Positions 44,102 to 54,029 of a stretch of DNA of 64,000 nt are shown piece by piece (position 1 is the first letter of the stretch; every line of letters begins with the position of its first letter). The stretch spans positions 64,001-128,000 of IMG/VR virus record IMGVR_UViG_3300032030_000007. One strand, given 5' to 3'. The translations under genes and the position numbers were made by a program. The notes under the pieces were generated by a model. That model ran no database searches. It was not told the DNA's origin and saw only the letters and a list, made by a program, of their open reading frames with translations. Source of the DNA: a virus (lineage: Duplodnaviria; Caudoviricetes).

Positions 44102-44665
44102 TTATTTATTTAATTTATTTACATCTATATAATTAATTCCTGCATTATATGCTGCAAGACATCCTGTATCTGAATCTTCAAATACTATAGCATTATCTTT
44201 ATTTACTTTTAATAATTCTAATGCTTTATCATATACTTCAGAATGTGGTTTTCCAAACTTAACATCTTCTCCAGTTATAATAACATCAAAATATTCTTTA
44301 ATACTAAAATAATTTAATACATTATAAAGATTTTCTTTAGAAGCAGTTGATGCAATACATGTTTTAATTCCTATTGCTTTAGAATATGCAATAAATTTCA
44401 GTAATGATTCATTGAGTTCAAGCCAAGAAAAGAATTTTGGATATGATTCTTTCTTTTCTTTCTTAATGTCATCTCTTATTTCTTTTGGAACATTTAATTT
44501 ATCACAAAGTCCATCAAATCGTAATCCAAAACATTCTTTATATTGTTCTTTCTTAAGATCTATACCATGATTCTTAAATACTAACTTATAAGCAAAATAA
44601 TTTGCCATAAATGTATTTACTAATGTTCCATCAAAATCTGTTATAACTGCATCTATTCGTCCCAT
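44102..44665 (-). CDS. HAD-family phosphatase (beta-PGM/CbbY-like)
   Basis: DFDGTL, AST, GKP, FEDS..G..AA..AG. Confidence 0.9.
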   Translation of the reverse strand: MGRIDAVITDFDGTLVNTFMANYFAYKLVFKNHGIDLKKEQYKECFGLRFDGLCDKLNVPKEIRDDIKKEKKESYPKFFSWLELNESLLKFIAYSKAIGIKTCIASTASKENLYNVLNYFSIKEYFDVIITGEDVKFGKPHSEVYDKALELLKVNKDNAIVFEDSDTGCLAAYNAGINYIDVNKLNK

Positions 44666-45444
44666 ATATTTCTATCGTAATTATAATGTTCTAAATCGTA
44701 GGGTGTTCCAAATGACCAATAATGATCAATATGCATATTCATATCAACTATTTGTACATTGGCTTTAATTATTTTTATAATATAGTTAAATACACCTGAT
44801 AAATATAATTCTTTCGTTTTAATATTTCCTTTTTCAAAATCTTTAATATATTGTTCTGATGCTAATTTTAAATTTTTTCCAATACCTAAACAATAACATC
44901 CACCAATAGCATATGTTGATATAGGATCCTTTTCTACAAGATAATCTCCATAATGTGTATTAATTGGGTGTATAAAACTATAAATAGGATTTTTTGAATA
45001 AAATGTTAATACCATTGGAATATGAGAATCATAAAAACATCTTTCACCAATTTGTCTTTTATAAGATAAACATTCAAATTTAATGTCACAATCCATTGAT
45101 ATTACATAATCTTCATCATCAATTAATTCTTTTGCTAACATTAATGTTTCTAATGCACCTCTTGTAGTTTTTTCAACAGATATAATATTTGCATTAGGAT
45201 AATATTTTTTGATTTCTTCATCAATATGATAATCAGTTATAAATTCTTTACGAACAATAAAAGTATATTTAATATTCATATTGAAATATGTTTTTAATTG
45301 TTCAAAATTTAAACTTTCTAATGAATGCCTATACAATTCTTTACCTTCAAATTTAATCAAAGGTTTTGGAACTGTATATCCTGCATCTTTAAATCGACTG
45401 CCTTCTCCAGCCATTGGCATTATAATATGTAATGTTCTCATCAA
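44653..45444 (-). CDS. Sugar-phosphate nucleotidyltransferase
   Basis: IIMPMAGEGSRF..AGY..PKPLI, TRGALET, DCD, EKDPIS, ELY.S..N, FGTP. Confidence 0.9.
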   Translation of the reverse strand: MMRTLHIIMPMAGEGSRFKDAGYTVPKPLIKFEGKELYRHSLESLNFEQLKTYFNMNIKYTFIVRKEFITDYHIDEEIKKYYPNANIISVEKTTRGALETLMLAKELIDDEDYVISMDCDIKFECLSYKRQIGERCFYDSHIPMVLTFYSKNPIYSFIHPINTHYGDYLVEKDPISTYAIGGCYCLGIGKNLKLASEQYIKDFEKGNIKTKELYLSGVFNYIIKIIKANVQIVDMNMHIDHYWSFGTPYDLEHYNYDRNIWDE

Positions 45445-46295
45445 TCTTTAATTTTTATTTCTTTACATAAACTTGCAGGTATACTATTATATATAAATAT
45501 TGCTTCCTTTTGATGCATTGCAGTATCTTTATATATTGGAAAATTTGTATGATATAAATCAACTTTTATGATACCAAGATCTTCTATTGTTTTATCTTCT
45601 CCAAATAATTCTTTTATAAAATTGTCTAAATCTTTATTAGTTTTTAAATTTTTATCAGCTCCTGCCCATAAATAAATTCTTTCAGGATAATTAAGCCAAT
45701 ATCCAGATTTTCCTTTTAATTTAATTCCATTTTTTAATATATTTTTAACATTACTTTTATAAGTAAAATGATATGCCTGTCTTTTTAATTTATTAAAATA
45801 ATCTGTTGCATCTTCTGAATATATCGGTTCAATAAAAAGACATATATGTCCTTCAATAATTTCACGTTCTCTATATTTATAATTGAAGAAATTTAAAAGT
45901 TTAAAAAATACTTCAGTATCTCCTGAATGTTTTCTTAAATCAGATATATTTAATTTGGCCTTTTTTGTTATATTATTATATTCTGTTTTTAATATTATCC
46001 AAAATGAATATTTATCTTCAGAACCTTCATATTTTTTGAAACTCTTAATTTCATCTCCATAATATTCTAACAATTTTTCTTGTAATTTCTTTGTATTATG
46101 CGTCTTAAGATTTTCATTTATATAATTAAATCCAAATTTATATAATATTCTATTTTCAAATAATTCAATTAAATTATTTGGTATATTATTTTTTCCATAA
46201 AAATCTTTTAATTGCTCATAAAAATATTCATTACTATTTTCTAATTTTAATGTTGGATGTAAAATATCATCCATATATTCTTTAATTTTCTTCAT
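45441..46295 (-). CDS. Putative ADP-ribosyltransferase-fold protein (DarT/Tpt1-like) with capsid-targeting-like N-terminus
   Basis: YHFT...NV..IL.NGI...IYL....IP...; N-terminus MKKIKEYMDD and internal INEN. Confidence 0.5.
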   Translation of the reverse strand: MKKIKEYMDDILHPTLKLENSNEYFYEQLKDFYGKNNIPNNLIELFENRILYKFGFNYINENLKTHNTKKLQEKLLEYYGDEIKSFKKYEGSEDKYSFWIILKTEYNNITKKAKLNISDLRKHSGDTEVFFKLLNFFNYKYREREIIEGHICLFIEPIYSEDATDYFNKLKRQAYHFTYKSNVKNILKNGIKLKGKSGYWLNYPERIYLWAGADKNLKTNKDLDNFIKELFGEDKTIEDLGIIKVDLYHTNFPIYKDTAMHQKEAIFIYNSIPASLCKEIKIKD

Positions 46296-46313
46296 ATTTT
46301 CTTTTATTCTTTT

Positions 46314-47030
46314 TTATTGTTCTTTACTAATCATATCATCAAGAAATTTAAAATGTCTTTCATAAATATGTAATGAACCTGCGTTCCAAATAATATTGTC
46401 ACAAATTATTTCTTTATTTAATGCTGTATGTTCACTTAATTTTTGCGCTAACATTAATTGAACGTTCTGATGCCATAATGCATCATTATCAAAACCAAAT
46501 ACAGCATCATTTGAACGCATATAAACAATATATTTTAAATGCATTTGATTATCTTCATCTTCATTTAAGAAACATTGTACAGCATAAGTACAACAAAAAT
46601 CATGCATACCGCCTTTACAATATTCTTCTTGCATACTTGGACGATTATATATCATACAAGCTTCACGTGTATGTGGGTCATTTAATAGTTTCATAAAACA
46701 ATTATCAAATTGTGATCCATTTTCTTTTGACCAAATCATCCATCCATAATTTGAATTAATAAGTCCTTCTGATGTTGCACAAGCTTTCCACATTTTAGGT
46801 GCTCCTCCAGGTATATCATTAACATTCAGACTTTGTGATTTATACCATTCAAATTCTTTATTAAAATATTCATAATTTGGCTCACGTATTATCCAAGGTT
46901 TATCAACTTCAAACTGAACATTCTGAAGTTCTATTGTTTTTGATTGTTGAACTTTATTTCCTATAATACGAAATTTCTTTTGAGCATATTTTTGAATGAA
47001 TTCTTTTTTAATATCTTCAGTATTCAACAT
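46314..47030 (-). CDS. dCMP hydroxymethyltransferase (T4 gp42-like, thymidylate synthase fold)
   Basis: EWYKSQSL..DIPG..PK.W, INSNYGW.IWS..N, IY.RPSMQ, DFCCT, MRSND..FGF.ND (Asp specifying dCMP), WNAGSLHIY.RHF; colinear with T4 gp42 as I recall it. Confidence 0.9.
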   Translation of the reverse strand: MLNTEDIKKEFIQKYAQKKFRIIGNKVQQSKTIELQNVQFEVDKPWIIREPNYEYFNKEFEWYKSQSLNVNDIPGGAPKMWKACATSEGLINSNYGWMIWSKENGSQFDNCFMKLLNDPHTREACMIYNRPSMQEEYCKGGMHDFCCTYAVQCFLNEDEDNQMHLKYIVYMRSNDAVFGFDNDALWHQNVQLMLAQKLSEHTALNKEIICDNIIWNAGSLHIYERHFKFLDDMISKEQ

Positions 47031-47033
47031 ATA

Positions 47034-47600
47034 TTATTTATTAGATATTTTTTCTTTTTTATTATAAATGAAATCAAATGCATCTTGATATATATCATCT
47101 TTATCTCTGAATTTATCTCCATCATTAATATATATCATTTTTTTATTAAGTTTTGATTTATCAAATATTTCTTTAAATCTTCTGACTTCAGCACCTATTG
47201 AATTAATATTTCCTTTTGATAAAGATTTATTATCATCATTCTTTAAAAGTAATGTTTCTGATGTTGATAATAATTGAATATAATATGTTTCTATATCATA
47301 TTTCAAATATATGTTATCTATTTCATTAATTATATCTAATGCATCTTTATCAGAAATTCCTCTATATAAACACCCATATACATATTCTCCATAATGACTT
47401 CTATTCAGAATTATTGCATCAGTATCATATACCTTATTGACTATTGCATATGCATAACCTCTAAATAAAGTATTTTGAATATATTTGTTCTCTGGTTTTG
47501 TATAATGAATATTTGTTACAGTTAAGAAATTTTCAGATAATCTTTGAATTAATGAATCTTTTCCACAATTATCAGGTCCTTCGATAATGATTAATTTCAT
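47034..47600 (-). CDS. dNMP (thymidylate-kinase-like) kinase, probably for hm-dCMP
   Basis: IIIEGPDNCGKD P-loop; LNRSHYGEYVYG.LYR. Confidence 0.8.
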   Translation of the reverse strand: MKLIIIEGPDNCGKDSLIQRLSENFLTVTNIHYTKPENKYIQNTLFRGYAYAIVNKVYDTDAIILNRSHYGEYVYGCLYRGISDKDALDIINEIDNIYLKYDIETYYIQLLSTSETLLLKNDDNKSLSKGNINSIGAEVRRFKEIFDKSKLNKKMIYINDGDKFRDKDDIYQDAFDFIYNKKEKISNK

Positions 47601-47693
47601 TCGTTAAATTGCTCATATATATTTATTATTTAAGTTAATTAATTATTTTTATATAAAATAGAACTTTTTTAAAAATAGTTAAATCATATTACT

Positions 47694-49298
47694 ATGAATA
47701 TTGAACAAAAATTTAATTATAGAGATCCAATCGCTATATCTGAAGTATATGAAAATCTAGATAAAGTTCGTAAAGAACGTCGTGAAAAAGAAATATTAGA
47801 AGCTAAACAACAGAAAGAAGAAGGCGCATATTTCTTTAAGAACATACTTTTCTTTACAAACGATAGAGATTCAAAATCAAATAAGACATTAAAGAATCTC
47901 GAAGATGCTGTCAAAGGCAAAGACGTAACAATCTATCCATTCGTTGCTGAAGAAATCGATTATAAAGCTACTGATGATAAAATAGTATTTAATGACAATA
48001 AAAACAAATATAAGATAACAGAACAATCTAATATTGATACTATTGTCATAACACGTCTTGGTATTCAAGAATCTGAAGAATGTATGGAACTTATTAAAGA
48101 ACTTCAGGACTGGGGATTTTTTGTTATCAATCCAGTGCAATCTGCAAAGAAAGCTTCTAATAAGTATACATCTGCTGTATTGATGGAACGTTATGAAATT
48201 CCACAACCTAAGTTTACATTAATATCTAAAAATGATATCAAAGATGGTGAAGAATCATTAAATAAGAAACTTAAGACAATATATAAAGAAGTTGGAAAAG
48301 ATAAAGACAAAGATAAAGAATTAGAATATGTTGTTAAGATTCTTGATGGACATGGCGGAACTGGTGTAACAATGCAGACAGGTAAGACATTATTATCTAT
48401 GCTTCAGATGGCATTTGCTGTAGATGAAGAACTTGAATTATTAGTTCAGAAAAAAGAAGAAGCAGATGGAGGAGATATTCGTGTCCATGTTTTGACTATG
48501 AGAACTGAACAGAAGATACTTGCTGCTATGAAACGTGTTAAGATTGGTGGTGACTTCCGTTCAAATGTATCTTTAGGAGCTACTGCAGAAAAAGTTACAT
48601 TAACTAAAGAACAAGAAGAAATTGCACTTAAAGTTGCTAAAATTTCGGGTATGCCTTGGTGTGCTGTAGATATCATGCCATTAGTAAAAGGATCAAATCC
48701 TGAAATTGGAGATAATGTAGTATTAGAGTATAATGCATCTCCAGGTACTGATGGAATATCTGAAGTAATAGAAGAAAACTTTATGAAGATATTACTTGAT
48801 AATATTAACGATATTAATCAATTAGTACTTGCACCTAAAGCAATAGGTTATCTTGAAAATGTAACATTCACAATGGATAATGATGATGAGTTTACAATGG
48901 AAGCTAAACTTGATACAGGTAATGGTGCTAAAGCTTCTACAATAGGATGCGACGAGTTAACTTATAGAGGTGATACAATCGTTGCTACTATTGAAGGTAA
49001 GAAATATAATTTTACAAAACATGGCGAATCAAATGCTATTGTTGGTCAAGTAACAGAAACAAGAAATACAGTATTAGTACCTTGCATTCAGATTGGTTCT
49101 CGTAAATTATTAGATGTTGAATTTGCTTTGGTTGATAATAGAAAGAAGAAACAAAAAGTATTATTGAATAGAGACATAATGAGTAAGATGGGTTATCTTA
49201 TTAGTCCTGCAAAGAAACATGTACTTGAAGATGATCTTGCTTGGGATTTTGAACAGCAAAAACTTAAAGCAGAACAAGAAAAAAATAATACAAAATAA
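47694..49298 (+). CDS. RimK-like ATP-grasp ligase fused to a C-terminal retropepsin-like (RimB-type) protease
   Basis: VIN...A.NK, K..DGHGG.GV, DIRV, FRSNVSLG, AVDI, LEYNASPG; then AKLDTGNG and VLLNR. Confidence 0.85.
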   Translation: MNIEQKFNYRDPIAISEVYENLDKVRKERREKEILEAKQQKEEGAYFFKNILFFTNDRDSKSNKTLKNLEDAVKGKDVTIYPFVAEEIDYKATDDKIVFNDNKNKYKITEQSNIDTIVITRLGIQESEECMELIKELQDWGFFVINPVQSAKKASNKYTSAVLMERYEIPQPKFTLISKNDIKDGEESLNKKLKTIYKEVGKDKDKDKELEYVVKILDGHGGTGVTMQTGKTLLSMLQMAFAVDEELELLVQKKEEADGGDIRVHVLTMRTEQKILAAMKRVKIGGDFRSNVSLGATAEKVTLTKEQEEIALKVAKISGMPWCAVDIMPLVKGSNPEIGDNVVLEYNASPGTDGISEVIEENFMKILLDNINDINQLVLAPKAIGYLENVTFTMDNDDEFTMEAKLDTGNGAKASTIGCDELTYRGDTIVATIEGKKYNFTKHGESNAIVGQVTETRNTVLVPCIQIGSRKLLDVEFALVDNRKKKQKVLLNRDIMSKMGYLISPAKKHVLEDDLAWDFEQQKLKAEQEKNNTK

Positions 49299-49319
49299 TT
49301 TTATAAAAGATAATATATT

Positions 49320-49817
49320 ATGAGATCAATTAAACAAGTTATAACAGAAGCTAATGAATCTAAAGATAAGACCTGGAAGCAAATTAGAAAAGGAGATACA
49401 ATTTACTATTTAGAATGTTATAATTCAGATAAAAATCATAAGATAGAAGTTGCAACAGTAACTAAGTCAATGTATTATGAAACAATGTATCTTGGTGGTG
49501 ATTATAGAGTTCCTGAAAATTATGCTATAGAATTTACTCGTAAATCAAAGAATAAAGAAGGTTCTGCTGTTATTTGGAAAGAAGACTGGGATAAAAAAAT
49601 TTTATGTTCCACTTCAATGGATGGCACAGTATTTCATTATATTTCTACAGATAGAGAGTTATTAACAGAATTCCAAGAAAAACTTGTAGATGATGACGTT
49701 AAGAAAATTGAAAAGGAAATTGAAAAGTTCACCATTCAATATGAATCTAAAAAGAAAGAATTGGAAGATAAGATGAATGCTTTAATAGCAAAGAAATTAG
49801 AAAAATATGAAGACTAA
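49320..49817 (+). CDS. Putative capsid-targeted protein
   Basis: N-terminus MRSIKQVITE-A; C-terminal coiled coil. Confidence 0.55.
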   Translation: MRSIKQVITEANESKDKTWKQIRKGDTIYYLECYNSDKNHKIEVATVTKSMYYETMYLGGDYRVPENYAIEFTRKSKNKEGSAVIWKEDWDKKILCSTSMDGTVFHYISTDRELLTEFQEKLVDDDVKKIEKEIEKFTIQYESKKKELEDKMNALIAKKLEKYED

Positions 49818-49819
49818 TT

Positions 49820-50353
49820 ATGAAAGATATAACTAAATATATAAATGAATCCTTAGATAATGCTATATTTGAAGGATTTTTAGATAAATTGAAAAATGCA
49901 ATTTATAAAGTAACAAATAATCCTAAAAAATATTTTAAAATAGTAAATGATAAATTACAATATTTAAAAGATAAAGAAGATTACAATTATTTCAAAAAGA
50001 AAGATCCTGAAGAAGTTTCTAAAGAATTAGATAATCTTAATAATGATAAAGATCTAAAAGATATATATCTTTATGCAAAAAAAGATTATAAAAATTTATC
50101 ATATTATGAAAATAACGAATATAATTATATGCATTTTATTAAAGACATTAAAGAATATTTTAATTGTGATGACAATAAAGCATATGCAATTATGCAGATA
50201 GCATTAGTAATTGCTAACGAAATAAAACAAGAAGAAAAGAAAAAGAAAGAAAAAGAAAAATCATATTATAATTATTCAAATAGATCTAGTGGTTCCAATA
50301 CTGCTGCTTTTGTAGGATCTGCTGTTGCAGCAGCTATGGTAATGCACAAATAA
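49820..50353 (+). CDS. Putative capsid-targeted protein with hydrophobic C-terminus
   Basis: N-terminus MKDITKYINE-S; IFEG; C-terminus AAFVGSAVAAAMVM. Confidence 0.55.
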   Translation: MKDITKYINESLDNAIFEGFLDKLKNAIYKVTNNPKKYFKIVNDKLQYLKDKEDYNYFKKKDPEEVSKELDNLNNDKDLKDIYLYAKKDYKNLSYYENNEYNYMHFIKDIKEYFNCDDNKAYAIMQIALVIANEIKQEEKKKKEKEKSYYNYSNRSSGSNTAAFVGSAVAAAMVMHK

Positions 50354-50394
50354 AAATATAAATAGTTTAAATAAGATATAAGTAAATCATAAAT

Positions 50395-50595
50395 ATGAAA
50401 AGACTTAAGATATATTTAGAGGAATTATTTGCAACACCAGCAACAACAATAGGCATGGGTAATGTATCTATGCCAGCTGAACCTAATGTACAAGGTGGTT
50501 CTGGAGATGTTCCTGTATGTCCTCAGTGCATAGATATTAAGACTGGTAAAATTTATAAAAGAAAAAAGAAATTTAAAAGATATAAGATAATATGA
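50395..50595 (+). CDS. Small putative internal-head protein
   Basis: N-terminus MKRLKIYLEE; basic tail. Confidence 0.55.
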   Translation: MKRLKIYLEELFATPATTIGMGNVSMPAEPNVQGGSGDVPVCPQCIDIKTGKIYKRKKKFKRYKII

Positions 50596-50598
50596 AAC

Positions 50599-50625
50599 AT
50601 AAGGGTAACTTAATGTTACCCTTAT
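50599..50625. terminator. Bidirectional terminator
   Basis: ataagggtaac-ttaat-gttacccttat between convergent operons. Confidence 0.8.
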
Positions 50626-50630
50626 ATTTT

Positions 50631-53461
50631 TTATTTCTTTATAACTGACATAGATGAACTTCCACTAGTAAATACAATATATTTCTGTCCTTCAACATAT
50701 ATTGTTTGCGTATTTACATTTGACTGTACGTTTTGTGTATTCATTGTATTAGGAATTGGATTTGCATAAGATTTAGTACTTGATGCACAAACACCAAATC
50801 CCAATATAAAACCTAAAAAATAACTAATAGCAATAATACCAACTACTGCATAAAATTTAACATGATAAATTTCAATCTTTTCCATAATTTATAATTTTAA
50901 AAACTTTCAATCTTTACAGGTTCATCTTCCCAAGTAAGTTTTCTACCAAGTAGTTTTTCAATTGATCCTTTTGGTAGATATAACCATTTAGGTAAATATC
51001 CCGTCTTAGGAGTATTTTCAGGATTATGGTATTCAACCCAATGATCATATTCTAAAATCGTATCATTATAAGATATTACTTTTCTCACTTCTTTAAGATG
51101 TTCTTGATGAACATTTATATCATATTTTCTATGATACAGACTTGGCGAAAATCTTTGAAAACCTTCTTCATTAGAAGTCATTCTTTCATCACCATTTGCA
51201 TCAACAGCGACCCATACAAAATGTAGATTATTCATATTTAAATTTTAATGATATTTTATTAGTTAAATTAATAGCAAGTTTAGCATCATCTAATTTCCCA
51301 TATAATGAAAGGTAATTTGCACAATCCATCATAATATTATTTAATGCTAATAATGCATCATTAGTATATTCAGTTTTATTTATAAGAATCATTTCATACA
51401 ATTTATTTGCTTCCAATAATTTTGTATGCATTTCCTTTACTCTATAAACAGGAATGATTAACTTTAATAGATATAGTAAATCGTTCTTATCATTTTTAAT
51501 GTCTTCCCATATAATCTTATCCATGAATTTAGAATATTAATGTTTTAACATTTACTAAGTATTTAATAAATTCAGATAAAAAGAATCCTGTGCCAAAGAA
51601 ACATATTAATTTAAAAATATGAAATATAATTGTACGTTTATGCTTATATGATTTAATTAACTTAATTTCATAATAAGCAAGTAAAACACCAATTGTTAAT
51701 AGAAATATTGATATAAATAAATTAATCATAATCTTTCAAAATACTTTGTCCAACTATACTCATGAAAACATTGTTCTTTATCTTTAGAATCATTAACAGT
51801 AAACCAAACAATATCATTCATTCGGTTTTCATTTAATGTATATCTATATCCTTCATAAAATGCTCCTCTGTCGGGAGTCTTAATGCATTTTACATCAATT
51901 CTTTGTAACATAATTATTTATTAATTTATTTATCAAACATTTTAGATGCACGACTATTCATATACTTATATGTCATAGAAATAGAAGGCTTATTGTCACA
52001 TCTTCCTAATCTCCATGAACCTCTTTTATAAACAGGCTTGTTAAGTTTAATTTCATCTTTACTCATGCCCTGAAGAATACCATGAATAATTAAAGCAATT
52101 GCGTATTCTTCTGAAACATCATAAAGACTTATATATCTTTTAGTTTCATCTCTAAATGCTTTATGAGAACATAGCCATCTACTATTTCGTTTGTCTCCAT
52201 CATCAAGATATGTATAGATAAGATCCAATGCTTTTAATAAATATCCAATAACTTCATCCTTTGTCATCTTCTCAGGATACCAATAATCTTTATTCATCTT
52301 AATGGCATGTTCCAAATCTCCAAAAAACATATCCTCATTGTTTCTTTCAGATGTTCTTTCCCAATAAGCCTCATACCATCCTTTGCAATAAAGAACTAAA
52401 TCATTAAATCTAAAATTCTCAATCTGCTTCATGTGATTAACGTTTAACTGTTCTTTTTCCTATAATAGTAATCTTAAGTTTTGAAAAATCACCATCGAAT
52501 AGAAGTGATCCCATCTTCAAACCTGGATCTGATACTGTCTGCCCAATAGAGCATCTGTCATAATATGATTTATCTACAGGAATTTCAAATTCAACATCAT
52601 TAATCTTATTCTTCATATGCTCTCCAATATCTATTGTATATGTAGTCTGATGTATCTTAATCTTAACAATATAAATTGTCTTTGATACAACCAATGCAAA
52701 CTTATCATTATTAATCTGCTTATTCAATACATCATACTGCTGTTTAAGTCTATAATTAATATTTTTATTTGCATTAATTTCATATTCAATCTGTTTACGT
52801 TCATTCATTAAACGATTATTACGTTCAGCAGATTCCATATTCTCCATAATATTCTTATTAATCAAGAACAATGAATCGTTAAATGCAATAACTATTCTGC
52901 GAGCATCCTTAAGACTATCTAGCTCCTTCTGGAGTCCAATTCTTTGATTTTTCAATATTTCATTAAGAGCTTGTGATTCTCGTGTACAACTTTGATAAGA
53001 ACACATTGTAACTGATGTAGCAAGAATACAACTAAAAATTGCTATCAAATAATGTTTCATTCCCATACGCTACAATTATTTAAATACTTATTTCTTTCAA
53101 TACTCCAGTTATGTAATTCTCGTTTTTCTTTTTCATCAAAATAAGAAATAAACTGACCAATAGTCTTAAATTTTTCTCTAAAAATTTCTAACTCATATTT
53201 ACTATCTATAAATAATGGAAGATAATTAAAACTATCATTTTTATCATATAGATATGCAGTTATATGATTATTAAAATAAATTGGCTGATGCCAATTTGTT
53301 TTAAATTTTCGTTTAATAGTAAATCTAAATCCAAAAATTGAATATTCCTTTTCATAAGTTAAATCTTGATTTGGACTAATACGGTATTCTAATACATGTG
53401 ATGCAGAATAAGGTACTGCTCTGAATTCAATTTTTAGATTATTCTTATATTTTAAACTCAT
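50631..53461 (-). other. Hypothetical genes (50631-50885 TM, 50897-51235, 51228-51524, 51529-51729 TM, 51726-51911, 51926-52432, 52437-53066 TM plus coiled coil, 53057-53461)
   Basis: Tightly packed co-oriented ORFs; variant promoter at about 53669-53698. Confidence 0.65.
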
Positions 53462-53715
53462 AATATTTAATTAAATTGTCGTACAAAAAATTATTAAAAC
53501 TACAGCAAGTAAAGACAATCCAATCCCAGCAATCATACCGCATCTCCAACCACTATCCCATACTTCATATTCGCGATCATTTTCTGGCTTAACGAAAAAC
53601 TCCATACTATCATATTCCATATTTATTATTTTTATTCATTTGTTTGATTTTTAAATTTTATAATTAAATATATAGAAATATAATTTAAAAAATTCAATAT
53701 TATTTAAATTTTATT

Positions 53716-54027
53716 ATGTTAAATTTTGGATATGTATATTTGCTTTGCGATGGGGAGAAATTCAAAATAGGTATGACAACAAAACCTATTGAAAAACGTA
53801 TATCAGAATTGCAAACAGGCAATCCTAATGAAATATGGATGCATTCTTATTATGAAACTAAATATCCAAATAAAATAGAAAAGATGCTACATAAACGTCA
53901 TGCAGCATCTAATGTGAAAAACGAATGGTTTGATATGACTGTAGAAGAAGTCTACAATTTTAAAAATGAATGTAAGCATTGTGAAGATCTTATCAAACCT
54001 TTGATTGAATCCAATCCGTTTTTCTAA
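53716..54027 (+). CDS. GIY-YIG/T5orf172-family nuclease-like protein
   Basis: GYVYL...KIG.T....KRI.ELQTGNP...EK.LH......EWF. Confidence 0.85.
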   Translation: MLNFGYVYLLCDGEKFKIGMTTKPIEKRISELQTGNPNEIWMHSYYETKYPNKIEKMLHKRHAASNVKNEWFDMTVEEVYNFKNECKHCEDLIKPLIESNPFF

Positions 54028-54029
54028 AC

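Noticed and set aside
44640-44655. TAG readthrough fusing the nucleotidyltransferase and HAD genes
   Set aside because: Readthrough reaches TAA after four codons and the HAD gene is in a different frame
34105-45444. Interpretation as a host capsule/LPS locus
   Set aside because: No flippase, polymerase or membrane proteins; linked to a dCMP hydroxymethylase and dNMP kinase in a phage context. Not fully excluded for the GT-A gene
46314-47030. Call as ordinary thymidylate synthase (thyA)
   Set aside because: Has the gp42-type NSNYGW and an Asp (FDND) where ThyA has Asn
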